Shown here: positions 24,019-37,762 of the stretch, piece after piece
Layout: each line of letters starts with the position of its first letter
Numbering within the stretch: the stretch's first letter is position 1
NCBI GenBank assembly: GCA_973895155.1
Contig: OZ316894.1
Location: 7,464,234 to 7,528,233, forward strand
DNA from: Marsupella aquatica
Lineage: Eukaryota > Plantae > Marchantiophyta
DNA length: 64,000 nucleotides
Direction: 5' to 3'
Translations under genes and position numbers: made by a program
The notes under the pieces: generated by a model
Databases searched by the model: none
What the model saw: only the letters and a program-made list of their open reading frames with translations
What the model was told of the DNA's origin: nothing

Positions 24019-25258
24019 ACTTCCTTCTCTCTATTTGTCCGTCCAATCTCCAATCCTCTATCCCCTGCGCAATCTTCTTACGCTTGGCCACAATCCAATC
24101 TCAAATCCTTTCTCCTCTATCATAATCTTTTTTCCTGTGTCACCTACTCAACCGAGAGATGCTGTGTGCCCGTCTCACGGGACAGGAGATTTGTTGCTTC
24201 CAACTATGGAGATCAATGAGCACGGGCAATTCATCATCGGTGCATTTCACCGAAAATGACCATAGCAGGTCCAAACATTGAGTCGATCCAAAGCTAGTGT
24301 AACACTCAATTCCCTCTTCAACCCCTCAATTCTCTTTTCTCCTGCTCGCTTTGGCACTTCAAAGACCACACCTTTCCCCGAAAATTCCGTCAGCACTTAA
24401 TTCTGTCTCCACTTTCCGGTCAGTCTCCCTCGTCCTCCTCTTTTCTCGAATCTCCTCTGACTATCCTGGGCCCTTTCTCCCAAGCGATTCAACCCGTGTT
24501 GTCTGAAACCTAAGAACGGGTCTCTGCAGGGCGAAATTCTCTCCTCCGTCCTTCCTGTCACCTATCCGCCAGAAGAGCCACGGTTGGTACGGTAGTTCAC
24601 GATTCACTGGCTGTGATCCGCCCCAGTACCGATACCAATCGCCACAATTCGCTTCTCCTGCGACGAAGCAAAGCGCAGGAAGCAGCTGCTATCGTACAGA
24701 CTAATTTTACGATTTCCCAGTCGGCCTAAGCCGCGCTACCAGCGAGCGAGCCAGCGACGACAGAGAGAGGCATTCCTGACGAGCGACAATCGACAACAAA
24801 TCCATGGCGACTGACGAACGACGGCAACGATGGTGAGCGAACGCAGCGAGGCACTGCGAGACCTCTACCGACCGAACAAAAGGTGCGCGGAGCTCGGTGC
24901 TCGAGCAGAGCACATCGATGGGTCGGTCGGTCCGCCCGGCGCACCAGCATCTGCTCGGAGCGATCCTCTTCGACCGAAATCGCTGTAGTTGTTGCAATAG
25001 TGTGAGTAGGGAAGCTAGACGCTGAGCTTGCGATGCGATTCGTTGACGTCAGTGGTCAACAAAAGCAACCGAAGGAAAGGAGAAGGAGAGGAAATGGTGA
25101 TGGCAGAAATCGCGGAGCGTTTTGCTGCTGTTCAACGAAACCATTATTATTAATATTCACAGTGAAGAGTCTAGTCTTCATTGAGGCATTGACATTCTCT
25201 CCTCCCTACCAATCAAGATGATTAGCATAATCGGTCCTTAATCTGGCGCTAAAATATC

Positions 25259-25460
25259 GGATTAGCTTTCTGCTTCAGATTCAGGTTGAAATGAGTTTTT
25301 TAGTTTATTTTAGACTGGTGAAATTATGGAGGACGGCAGTCAAACAATTCTCTAGATTTTGCAAAATATAGGATTAGCTTTCTGCTTCAGATTAAGGAAT
25401 GAAATGAGTTTACTTTTTAGTCAAATTATGCGGAATGCAGTAACACAATTCTCTAGATTT
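25259..25460. repeat. Two-copy direct repeat of about 110 bp
   Basis: GGATTAGCTTTCTGCTTCAGATT...AATGAGTTT...AAATTATG...CAATTCTCTAGATTT occurs twice. Confidence 0.7.
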
Positions 25461-27749
25461 GGCTTATTCAATTTTTGACTATATCATCTGAACTAATTTA
25501 CTCTATTGCCCAGTTAAAAGGAATTGGACAGCCCTTAAATCCTCTAATAGTTGGACTGTGTGGCTGAGATTAATCCAGTGGGGGGCAGCTTGCTAATTGA
25601 ATTACTTTTGGGGGCAATTTAAGACATTTGTGCAATTTGTGAAAACAGGTCAGTTACTTACTTGACAAACAATGCATACATTCATAAAGCAGTGTTTAAT
25701 ATCAAAATGTTTAGAAGATTCCTGAAATATGCATTGTAATTTTTTCACCTGGTTTCACAACACTACCTACTGTAGAATTTGTCCTAAGGGGCGTGACATC
25801 TTCAACAATTGATTATTTTTTCAGCGAGCTTGATTGTTCCTGTCGTAGAGTGCATTCTAGAATCCTGATGAGACAATTGTTAAGTAGGAGCTGAACATGA
25901 TTGATGCAAGGGTTGAGCAATAATTTTACTTCTAATTTATTTTCAGATTTGATACAAAAGGTTGACACCACTGCTACTTGGATACACATAAGAACTTTTG
26001 CGTATGATGTAGAAGTGTAAGAGGTTCAATGTATGATAATTATGGTGAACCAAGGAAACCCAACTCCTCCAGTTGAATGAAATTGAAGTGATTAAACTTG
26101 AAAACTAATGCCACCATTGATAAGTCAATGTTCACATCTCAAATCCCTTCAAGGTTTTTCCGGGGATTTTTCTCTTCATACTTTTCTGTACTTTAGAGAA
26201 GAGAATGCCCGACAAAGTCTCAGCAAGGTCATTTTCAAATTTCTCCTCTACTTGTCTTTTGGTAGAAAAGAGCAAATCTCAATTTGCATTAAATGGCATT
26301 GATACTGGAAATGACACACTTGCATTATATTGCATGATTTGCACATACTGAGAAGACTAGCGCAAATACAGAGGGGGCATGCTGCATCCATTGGAATTTT
26401 AGTGAAAGTTTTGGTTGCCCAATAAGGATGAATATAAAGCCAGGATGGACTGAGGGGTTGAATATAAAGCCCTGTTGGACTGAGGGGTTTGCTATGAAGC
26501 CCAAATTGATTTTCAAGGTTTAGATGGACTAGCACAGAATATCTAAAATGATCAGAGAAAGCTTGTTATAATTTTGACTGATACGTGATTTGTAAAGGGA
26601 TCTTGACCGTTTGCAGCCGGTTTCAATAAATTTACCCAATAGTAAGTTGCTGCTCATGCTTAAACTACTGAGGATGTCCTTCTCAAAAGCGAAACACACT
26701 TCCTGGAGTAATTTTGCTGCTCATGCCTAAGGTACTCAGTACCTTCTTCATAAAAGCAATGGGTCCTTTTCACAAACTGGTAATTTGTGTCTGGCTCATT
26801 CCAAACTACTCAGGCCATCCTTCGTAAAAGTGAAGCATTGCCCATTAACACTTGATTTTTAATATTTTAATATTAGTCCGTTTCCATGCAGTTTTCTTAT
26901 ATTCTCAAATGTGTGAGTTTCATCTGGGGTGTAATCTTTCAAACGTTTTATCTACAATCCTAGTTTAGAGTACTCTGAGCACTTCTGGTTCACGGCATTC
27001 GATTAGCTTGCTTTGCTTTGCATCAGTGAATTGAAAGGACAACGAATCGGGTGTGGGTGGCTCCGTCAATGCTTTGACTCGACAATTGAATTTTGCACCC
27101 AAACGCACCCACATCGACCTCCTTTCACCTGGGTCTCCCATCTGCCAACCATTAACTACTGCCTCAGTGACTCCGAGGACCAGGTTGTGTACTGTATCAG
27201 AGCATAGTCAAAGAAGCAAACGATACACTGTTGCCATTGCTGGAGGCGTATGTAATATAATGGGCACCGGAAATGGACAACAAAATTACAGGGTATTACA
27301 ACTGTACATTTTCCTAGAAAGAATAACTGAGCAGACAGCGACAGCTGGCTCGTCTGCAAATCTTCCTTTGATCTGGAGAAAGCTTTGTCTTGGCCAAAAG
27401 CCAAAATCAATCACCCACACATTTGGTTCTGACTATGATAACGTACAACCTCGCTTGTCTGGTCTAGCCTAGTCCGTCAACACTTGACGAGGATAGTTCT
27501 CTAGTTTGCACTGTCACTCAAGGTCAATTGGCTGTAATGATGTTTTTTTAACCTTGCTCTGTCTACAAGTACTTTAAATGAGTACACCCAAATTTTAAAT
27601 GTACAAAAAGACATCCGTATGGAAATTTAAATGGACGTGGCTGAGACCTTGGGTAGACTGTAACAGAATTTTAAATCTTCCACCGGAGAGTCGATTGTTA
27701 AAATGTCAACCCATATCTCTCCGTAGGCATTCAAAATATCAGCAAGCTC

Positions 27750-29909
27750 TCATATTCTCAGATTGGCAGCTGCAACCAAACCACAATCCCACGAACGTCA
27801 TGAGAGAACAAACGAAGAGAGAATAAATTAAAAAGCCACGGGGAACCATTAGATTCATGGGCCCCACTTTTATTCTGCCAGGATTGAAATAATCAATTCA
27901 GAAGAGGACATCGAGTTTAGGAGAATAACTACAGAGACAAATATTGAACGGTATAAGCTCTGTCTGGCAACAAAAGTCCGGTAGGAATGCTTACAGCAAT
28001 AAACAAATTGATTGAAGTCTAAAGTTACATGCCCCTTTCCTGTGGTGTCAAATGCTGTAAATAAGTTTCTGCAACCAGAAATCAGGATGCATCGGTTTCT
28101 GTTAAAAATATCTAGCAGTTCCAAACGATGGCAGAAAACGAGGATATAAAAAAGGTAAAATCTTGAAGTTTGCAGTACCCTGCAAGCAGAGATCAATACC
28201 ACTTACCGTGCAGACTGGAGAAATATACAAGCAGACATGAAATTGTCGAGCCGGAAACTTCCTGTTTTGTCCTTATCGAAACTCTGCAGAGGAAAAAGAA
28301 AAAGTAATGTCTTCCGAATCAATATTGATGGCCACCTCTTGACCTAACTATTGAATGCAACTAAACATGGTGGCCTTACAACCCTTGAGCGCCCAAAGTT
28401 TAGGGTATGAAACAGCTAAAACTCCTACCTGACATACAGTGAAGAATGAAGGTTGGTCCAGAACGTATCCAGCTTCTTGTAATGCCTGAACGAACACAAA
28501 AGACAAAGGTCAGAAGTCCAGAACTCAAAATAGTGAAAACCTTGCAATCAAAAGCAGCAAAGAAACGGGTGATAAGAAAAGGGTTATTGATGGTCTGCAA
28601 CATTCTCCGGGTCTGGAAAAAGATCGCTACGAACCAATAATACAACAATCCAATGCCAAAGAAAAACCTTCGTTCATGCAAGCATAACTTACGGATGGTG
28701 ATACTGATTTTCAAGGATAAATTGACATAGGTTAAGATGCAGAAGGGCTTGTGAACAGCAAATCATCCGGAGTACAACAATGATTTTGTCAGGATAATCA
28801 GTCTCGTACCGCATACATTTCCTTGAGAGAAAGAATTCCCCGATTCCTGTAAGGTAATGGACCACAAATGTTCCAAACTGATGAGAACTAGGACTCCCTC
28901 CAACAAACAAGATCAACTGCCTCCAATCCGCAAAGAGAACTAGTTTCATCGACCCCTCTGTGCAGTTTGTAAATCGTAGTAAATATTGTCACAAAAAGCG
29001 GGATTGACGGTATTTCAGATGAACTGCTACTCTACGAAGACCACTATTGAATGCGGATATTTTTATGCTGTGAATAGTTCAAGTAGCGAAGTGGTCGAAG
29101 GCACACAATTTAGCTAACCTTGAGTGCCTTGAAAACGTATCTTGCACCACACTGAGGAATTTGTGCAGTTTGACGAATTCTGTAACAAAAGAAATACCAA
29201 AAATGTAGCGATAGTTAGATTTTCCTTCGCTTTCCACTCAGTTTCCCGCCCTTCGTAACTTATGACTATAAGCATGACAACTGAGAACGCGCCAACATCA
29301 TTGTCTCGAGACACATACTCTAGGTCTCTTACGCCAAAAAGTGACAACATTGTATCGAGTGTGAATTTGGGTGTAAGAGTTAGTACCGTCAAAAGACATT
29401 GTTCCATTCAAGTCCTTGTCGTACATCCTGCGACACATAAGAGTATTTTAGAAAATTACGGTTAGCGCTGCAAGTACACTATGGCACATAACGAGGAACG
29501 ATTCTGACATACAGATCATCTCCGGATACTCTAGAATGAATCACTGCTGGTGGAATAGGTGCTGGGCCATGATAATTCTCAAAAATAGTCTATCTGGACC
29601 AACACCAAGAGGCATTTACCACATGGAGATCTTACTTGATCATTTGCGAAGTCACAGTCAGGGGAAAGTGGAGGTTTCCTGCTTCCAAAGCGCGCTGCAA
29701 TCCCACATCATCCGCGTGTCACACATATGCTTGAATGAAGATGCTGTAAGCAGAATCACAGACTCGATCAACAGAACTAGAACAATAGCTCTGAAGTGAC
29801 GATCCCCCTTTCAAAAACAGCCAGATCGTACCTGGAGTTCAGCAGCATTTATGGTTCCAGAGTTATCAATGTCCACCGATCGAAACCACATTTGAAGAGG
29901 TTCCGCCAT
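27750..29909 (-). CDS. Sorcin-like penta-EF-hand calcium-binding protein (9 exons)
   Basis: Spliced product: MAEPLQMWFRSVDIDNSGTINAAELQ|RALEAGNLHFPLTVTSQMIK|MYDKDLNGTMSFDE|FVKLHKFL...|RNRGILSLKEMYA|ALQEAGYVLDQPSFFTVCQ|SFDKDKTGSFRLDNFMSACIFLQSAR|NLFTAFDTTGKGHVTLDFNQFVYC|SANLRI*. All introns are GT-AG. Confidence 0.92.
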
Positions 29910-30824
29910 GACGAACAGCGAAATCAACCCACAAGACGTCTGCTCTTATCAAATTAATTCGTTCCCGAACCCGAATTTCGCCACCCAGATCACAAACCCT
30001 TCCCACTCCGATGGCGCCCGGGTCTGCAATGGTTCAACGTTCACCAACAATGTATAAAAAAAGTCCAATTCCAGAAACGTTTGTTCGTCGTGCCCCTGCT
30101 CCCTTAATAGCCTCTCAAAAACAGAACAAAAAATCTGTCGTAGCTTTGGAAACCCCAGACTCCAAACGAATTTTACAGAAGATCTTGCCGCCCTTGCCGC
30201 CAACTAAACAAATTGAGCCTCCCATTCGTCTTTCAAATGAGGCGTCGAGCGTACGAACGCAACCAAGCCAATTTGGACGTCCTCCCAGAACCGAGTAAGT
30301 TGAAAAACGAGCAGAATGATTAAGAAGGAGACAGTACAGACGAAGGCAGCAGGCAGGCTCTTGCACGAAAGTAAGTGAAATCAGCGCTGCTGAGTACTGC
30401 AGTTGCAGTGAAGACGAAGCAACAGAGTGCACCAGTATTCCGCGGACGAAGCCCACACAACCCACCGACTACATAAAACACACCGTGTGTCCAAGACTAA
30501 AAAGCTGAGTTGAAATCATATATCAGGAGCCAAAGGGAGACCTTTTTCTACGACACTATGACTGTGATCAGTCTGTCCGCTGCTGGATCACAGAGGAGGC
30601 AGAATGACACGCTTGTCGAGTTGAAGCAACTCTGCTGCTCTCTCGTCAACACCTGGGAGGTGGGGAAACCTCGATGAAAACTCGTGGACGCGTGCAGGGT
30701 CGGCAGTATTAAGGACGAAAGACAATCTCGAGGGCAATCAATGTGCTGCCCGCTGCCCGCATGTGCTGTATCTGATTTCAGTTTAAGTACCTGGCGCGAA
30801 TATACCTCATCACGAATTGAGGAA

Positions 30825-30904
30825 GGGCTCAATGGTAGCCGAGATCAGTTGGGGAGTTGGAGGTCCCGGGTTCAAACCCCGCTTGTATGTCGTGAATGTT
30901 TTTT
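30825..30904 (+). promoter_or_regulatory. tRNA-like internal Pol III promoter (A box, B box/T-arm) with oligo-T terminator
   Basis: GGGCTCAATGGTA is A-box-like, CGGGTTCAAACCCCG forms a B box in a T-stem-loop, and a T6 run is at 30899-30904. No complete cloverleaf is visible. Confidence 0.5.
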
Positions 30905-30911
30905 AGCATTC

Positions 30912-31445
30912 ACCCCACCCAAAAAGTGGGGATCATTCATGCTAGTAAAATTCAAAAAAAATGTGAGCGGGGCGGGCGGGCAGTAGGCGCGGGCAGGTGT
31001 ACCCGAGCCTCGAGACCCCACCCAAAAAGTGGGGATCATTCATGCTAGTAAAATTCAAAAAAAATGTGAGCGGGGCGGGCGGGCAGTAGGGGCGGGCGGG
31101 CAGTAGGCGCGGGCAGGTGTACCCGAGCCTCGAGACCCCACCCAAACGGGCAGTAGGCGCGGGCAGGTGTACCCGAGCCTCGAGACCCCACCCAAAAAGT
31201 GGGGATCATTCATGCTAGTAAAATTCAAAAAAAATGTGAGCGGGGCGGGCGGGCAGTAGGCGCGGGCAGGTGTACCCGAGCCTCGCGGGCAGGTGTACCC
31301 GAGCCCCCGAGCCTCGAGACCCCACCCAAAAAGTGGGGATCATTCATGCTAGTAAAATTCAAAAAAAATGTGAGCGGGGCGGGCGGGCAGTAGGCGCGGG
31401 CAGGTGTACCCGAGCCTCGCGGGCAGGTGTACCCGAGCCTCGAGA
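30912..31445. repeat. Near-perfect tandem repeat of about 104 bp (4 full units plus slipped sub-units)
   Basis: Unit CCCCACCCAAAAAGTGGGGATCATTCATGCTAGTAAAATTCAAAAAAAATGTGAGCGGGGCGGGCGGGCAGTAGGCGCGGGCAGGTGTACCCGAGCCTCGAGA. Confidence 0.93.
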
Positions 31446-31713
31446 TTGTCTTTCGTGATGAATTCGGCAGTGGACTGTTATTATTGTAGTTCCGAGAAGT
31501 ACACTCTACAAATCCGAGTTGGCCATCTCAACAATGTGATTTAAGCCGTTCTCCATGAAGGAACTTTTAAGTACATACTTTTTTCTTTTTTTCTTTTTTT
31601 CTTTTTCCTGTTTTTTTGGTACACACTTTGCCACCAAAGATATTCTAACTCACAATAGTGTCACATTTTCTTTTCTACTTACAAATGTGTCATGGTTTCT
31701 TATATGAACCACA

Positions 31714-31990
31714 AGTTCACCAACATAACCAAGGTAACAATATATATATCAAACCCATGGCATTTATATAAATACAATACAAACAATGGTGGTACTGTAA
31801 ATTGAAACATCTTTAGTGGAAGTTCACCAACATAACCATGGTAACAAATATATCAAAAGCATGGCATATATATAAATACAAACAGTGCTGGTAATGTAAA
31901 TTGAAAAATCTTTAGTGGCAATGTACTTCAAAGTTGCAGTGATGATATTGTAAATTGAAACATCTTTAGTGGCAATGTACTTAAAAGTTA
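31714..31990. repeat. AT-rich degenerate local duplications
   Basis: AAGTTCACCAACATAACCA(A/T)GGTAACAA occurs twice and TGTAAATTGAAA(C/A)ATCTTTAGTGG three times. Confidence 0.65.
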
Positions 31991-34900
31991 TATGAATATG
32001 GTATGGAGTCTCAAATCTCAAAATTTGATGGATCTTTAAGGACTAGAAAAACTTATGGACCACCAAATTCATATTTGATAAATCTTGCAGTAAAGATTGG
32101 TTATTCAATTTGGGAAAGTGTCCTGGACAGGTGGGCTTTACCTAGTTTTTAAGGTATCTAGATTTTTTGTTTGATATGATTTGGATCTTATTGTCCAGAT
32201 AGTTTTAGTGCATCCTGTGGAGGCATTGTTAGAATTGATGAATGCCCAGCATCCAAAATTCTCTAGATGGATGGTGCAATGATAACAAGGCCTAAAAAAC
32301 CAGGGGCCTTAATATTGTTATCATATAAGTATTATGAAGCTCAGCTCAAATCAAATTTCCACCAAAACCTTTGGACTCAGACAGGATCTCAATAAGCTTT
32401 TAGCATGAAAGTCAAGTACTCTAGTTTAACCATGCAAGCTAGTTGAACAAAATGTTTTCATAGATACCATGAGAACTTAGAAAATAATCCTATCACTCCA
32501 CTGGAGAAGCCTAGTATGACCACCACCTTCCAGCAAAACTGGCAGTCGGCAGGCAGCAAACATATGTCCAACCTCCCTGCTTTTGAAGGTCATGGGGATG
32601 GGTGGGAGAGCCTGTTGGCAATAATTGGCCACTACTGGGGTATTTGACGGATACTAGGCTGACAGTCTGAAAACACCCACAGATGGAAGTGCTCTAAGGG
32701 CTGTCTTGCATGTGCAAGGTCTTCAAAAAAGCTGCCCTTACCGGCCCAGAATTTGTGGGAAAAAGTGAGAACTCAAATCTGCACATAATTAGCAAAGGAA
32801 ATGGGTGTAATGCCCCCACTCACTCCTTTGTCTCTTCGATCTTGTGATCCCCCACAACACCCCTTGATTCTACAGGGCAGTATCAGTGGAGTTTTGTTTT
32901 ATTCACGTTTGAAGGTTTGGGACCTCAAAGGCCTGAAAATATACTACCATTGCCATTGCTTCTCCACCAAATAGGCTGTCAGGACTGCCTTTACCTCTAG
33001 CTGGGGGTTTGAAATGCCACTGGTTCACATGAGGGCCGGAAAAGAAAGGACCTTGCACATGCAAGGGCCATCTTGCATTTAGGCAGTCCTCAAAAAAGCA
33101 GCCCTTGCCACTCAGCATTCTCAGTAAAAGTGGATAAGTGTATCTCCAGAGAATCTGGTCACGAAAGAGGTGTGACCTGCCCAAGCAATCCCATGTCCTT
33201 CCTTGTCTTTTCCACTCCCTCATTCTATAGGGTCTTCCATTCTATAGGGGCTTCCTTGTCTTTTGCACGCCCTCATTCTATAGGGCACTATGCGGGAAGC
33301 GTAGCAGCAAAATATGTCCGTGCTCTTTTGTTGCATGTGGAATTGAAAGGTCGAGACGTCAAGGGCCCTTGACCTTCAAAATCCTCATTCAGTGCCGTCA
33401 GGATTGCCTGGGGAGATGGTTGAGGCACAAAAGTCTTGTTCAGTCAAAACTTGCCAGGATGGTCCTCAAAGCTTGTCAAGTTTTTGAGGAGCATCACATG
33501 CAAGATGGCCATAAGCCACCAAGAATTCTATGTCCGGCTGCACCCAGCATCAACTTCCCTTCTGGTGTTCCAACACGGTCCAAACTGCACAAACCCTACA
33601 AGAGTTGCTCTACCCCAACTCACCCAGAATACTAAGGTCCTACTTTGCACGCTGTTATAGAGCTTTGGCAGGATCCGATACCCAATTCTTCGTGTTACAT
33701 TGGCCAGCAGCAGCAGCCATACATGCATTGCGTACCTTGTAGTGACAACTTTTTCGACAGGTCTTACGAACTTCGTGATTCTCGCCATCGTCTCCTTGTC
33801 GCCGTAATTAGCTAAGCTCTGCGAGGTCCCTCTCAAATTACGTCTGATACCAATGTTGTCATGATCGAGTGCAGCAGCTCAGGAGCCTTCAGATGACTCG
33901 CCATAATCGTCACCCAGTGGCAAGGATGCTCAATGTCATTGCAGCATTTTTTCTGTGAAGCAGGGTTGGTCGACTTGAATCCACTAGTGCCTCCAGACTT
34001 GCCCCGGGATGGGAGACCTACGCTTTGGCGTTCATCTGTCTGTCACCATTTACCAAGTTGCTCAAGGCGAATGCAACATTTTGCACAGGATTTTTATTTT
34101 GTCAATGGCAGTGTCATCAGGCCCACTAATAGCAACCCTGGATAGTTGAGGATCTTCCCCTTATACTGACTGCATCTCCATTTTATTGGCATCTCCACAA
34201 AAGCCGAGTTGTCTATCCATGGCCAAGCTTCGATATGTTGCACAGCAAGGTTCTCGTTACAGTGTCATCGCCACACGCCAAGCTGCCCAAGCAAGTGAGC
34301 CCTACTGTTTCCTTGCAACCCGAAAACCGAGTTGATGGGAGGAACCGAGTTGACGTAAATTACTCTCTCAAGGTCCCACAATCATGAGATATTTTGACCC
34401 CCACTAGAGTCCAACAAATGCTTCTCGCTATCCAAATCCAGATAGTTATACTTAACAATATAACAGCGCCTGCAGTTTTCGTCTTAATAGCCTTAGAAGC
34501 TTGCACGTGATGTTGACCAATGCTATGGCGTAACTCAAAACATTGGGAAGGGAGGAGACTCCTGTGAGAAGCGAATTCACGAGAAGCGGCGGCAGAAGTG
34601 GCTGCCTTGCCCCGCTCAATCATAGCAAGCTGTAATATACGTTGTCAGCTGCCAACACCGCAAGACTGATAACCAGACTACGAATGAGCACGAGAATCTG
34701 ATCATTTGTCTCATTCACAGAGCTTTCCTCGAGCCAATCGCATCGTCATCGAAACCGCAGCCTGATTCCGGGACACCAAGTCGCCCTGTCAGCTGCTTAG
34801 ACGAGGAGTATGCTTTCTTCTAAGTGATTTTGAGTGTACTGTTGCTCCTTTGTGTGAAGATTCATATTGCCAACAACTAAGTTCCTTGTGGATTAATTAG

Positions 34901-35164
34901 TTCCTTCTCTATCCGCCAGTTCAGTGTCTGAGGCTACGCTTAGATTCTAAGTGCAGGAGACCGCAAACGAAGAAGCGTGTTCGGAGGATTTCTGCTGGTG
35001 CCTATCAAAGTGATAACTTAGAGATTGCTGCAACTCGACTCCAGTAGTTTTCGACTGTGAGCTAACTTAGAACATTTAAGGTCATCGCGAGAGCACTACA
35101 GGAAGGAGGCCGGCACACAACGTGCGACAGAAGCAATTGAGTCAAGCGATCAAGCAATCAAGAA

Positions 35165-36549
35165 ATGGACAGCGAGACCAATAGTTCTCACAGCTACGAC
35201 GAACAATCTCCAGGTGGGTTGATCACGTAATCAATTAGCGATGCATGTCCTACAGATTAGGGACGAGGATAACTCGGGGGATAACTAGACCAATATGACT
35301 ATTGTCTTGCATACAGACTGACATGTTCAACATGAGCACAATCAATACTTTTCAATGGTGCGTCAGAACCGATGTGCAATTTAAGGAAATCGATACATGT
35401 GGTTTTCTCATCGTAAGTTATTCATGTGCATTTTCTGTCTTTGCAATCTTGAGTGACATTTCCAATTGCTTTCACTGTTCAGATTGTGACATATATCTAT
35501 CTCTTTGACAGATTTTCTTTTGACGTAGGGTTGACAGTACCCACCAGCATGTGCGTGAAGTTTACAGAGGGGCTAAAAGGAGACAATTTGATCAAGTTCA
35601 ATTGGTGAGCCCGATCCTGAAGAACGAAGGGACTAGACATACAGTACAGTACCGTGTACAGGGCTTTCATGGAGGATCAGATGATCATCGACCCGATAGG
35701 AAATTCGTCGAGAGATCTGCTTTCGTCTGGACCTGATATCCAGGTACTTCTCGTGAACGTTCTCTATCAATCCGCGCAATTTGTACCGTCTCGATCATCG
35801 CTTAATTTGGACAAGACTAAACATGGACAACTTTCAAATATTCGCCATCCCTCGATCTCCGCTGCCGGCCCAGCACTCTTCAATTGTCTATTTCATGGTA
35901 ACATTTAGACCCCGATTTAGACCGTCACAATCTCGAAGTCGATCGTCTGTCGGATGGAAACTTAAGAAAAACGATCTTTAAGTCATGAAACGATTCGACT
36001 AATTCGAGTAATCTCAGAATTAAGACAGCATAAGAATCTGACAAGTTGCTGTTGCGTGACCTTCACGAGGACGGGATCATGCTACCATAGCTTCATGCTC
36101 TTGTGACGTGAAGCGTGTCAAAGGAAAAGACAGTTGAAATTCTAATTCGAGAACGAAACTTGATTGATCACATGTACATAATTCTCACGCACTTGGGTGT
36201 CAGCGATTTCTGGAGGACGCAGTTAAAGCTACAGAAGAGTACGCAAGGAGATCGGGAGGCAAATTCAACAGCTATGCGAGCACTCCCGAGTACGGCAGTA
36301 GGCACAGCACCACAACAGAAAGGAGGTTCTCTGCAGCGGCGGAACAACCTGATGTTGATAGCAGGCTCGAGTCTGGGGGCACAGTGCTCGCGAGGTTTGC
36401 AAGCTGTTGGAATGCCGGGCACAAATCGACGACTGCAGTGGTCTACCCAGACTCGAAGACCAGAGTCGTACAACGCAACTGCGAAGGCAAACCAGAATCT
36501 CCCGTTCATAGCTTTCGGAGATCATTCTCTATGTATACACGGAGCTTAA
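35165..36549 (+). CDS. Putative 3-exon gene of unknown function (about 156 aa)
   Basis: Exons 35165-35213, 35529-35604 and 36204-36549 have GT-AG borders and compatible phases. Product: MDSETNSSHSYDEQSPGLTVPTSMCVKFTEGLKGDNLIKFNCDFWRTQLKLQK...DHSLCIHGA*. No domain recognised. Confidence 0.5.
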
Positions 36550-37762
36550 GTTCGCGATTCTCCTAGTACACCACAAGTCGATACTGTAGAGAGACCGTTG
36601 ATTACTTAACCAGAGGCGGCGGTTACTCTATGGTCTAACGAGTCAGAGCCAAGGGTTATTTTCAAGTATTGTTTACATTGGCCAGGGTGGCCAATGTTAC
36701 CTTGCTAAGAACATTCCTTATGAATTCTTTAGATTTGTTTCTGACCATTCGATCTACCTAAGCAAGCCATCAGATCCTGGCTAGTTGGCCCTGTGGCCTT
36801 GTAGGAAATTGGCTGATGGGACCCAAATTGCTAAAAGTGGGGAAATTTGGTAGAATTTTGCCGCAACAAAACGCTGGCCGCGATCTCCACCGTGTGAACC
36901 GACTGGTAGGAGTGATCTGCATATGATGAGGACCGAATACTATACTACTATATTAATTGACTGAACAAAGTGAAGCAATAGTTGTGGGATTCCAAAACTT
37001 GTTCCTACATCCCAGGATAGGGTAGGTGGGAATAAGTTGACCATATTCTTGAATATAGAAGGAAGTATGGGGACAGGATGATGGAAACTATAAGGGAGAT
37101 GTGGTGACCAATAGCTCTTTGGTCTCAACCTGGGTCATATAATGCTAAAATTGGCATGGAGAAAGGTGGCAGGGGACACACAATTTGCTTGTGGATAAAT
37201 GCACTGTGCATAAGTGCAAGGTGAGTGGTTTTTCCAACCAAAATTCAAGATTTTTAGATGTTTAAGTAGTTAAAAATGCAGCTTTTGTAAGTGAGTATCA
37301 AAGGCCTCACTGCACTACAAATATGTACATGCAAACTTTGGAGAAGTGTATACTTGCAGTCCCCCCAGATGCAGGAAGGATAAAGATGCCTTTGTTGATA
37401 GGTGCATCTTGCACTAAGGCATGAAATTTGTTGCAGTGTAGGCAGGGACGTGAGGAAACTTTGGACAGAGAAAGCAAAGCTTTTGTGCAAAGTATCTCAA
37501 AGTACAAAGTAGTATAGCAACAAATTTATCTTTAAATGCAAGATCTATTGGGTTTGTACTTATGGCATACTAGTGAACCATGTATATTAAGTTAAAAGCC
37601 TTACACTCTGTAAAATACTCTAGTTAGATCCAGTTGCCCTTGCTATTTTTAAAACTTAAGAGGCACCTGAGAATGAGGTTTCCCAGAGGCATGGGGACCC
37701 CAAGGAGGACCCAGGGATTGAGAGAGTAGTAAACTCCCCCTGACCAAAACACCTGTTCTTTA

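Larger units (their letters stand above)
30708..31463. mobile_element. 756-bp non-autonomous TIR element with 8-bp TSD, containing a Pol III-like head and an internal tandem array
   Basis: The left TIR ATTAAGGACGAAAGACAATCTCGAGG matches the reverse complement of the right end, ATTCATCACGAAAGACAATCTCGAGG. The TSD TCGGCAGT is at 30700-30707 and 31464-31471. Confidence 0.85.

Noticed and set aside
30818-30890. Functional tRNA gene
   Set aside because: Only the A box and T-arm are recognisable; no acceptor or anticodon stem could be paired.
30912-31445. CRISPR-like repeat array
   Set aside because: There are no unique spacers and no cas genes, and the context is eukaryotic. It is a tandem repeat inside a TIR element.
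32400-33500. Possible decayed coding sequence
   Set aside because: Composition is coding-like, but no recognisable motif could be reconstructed.
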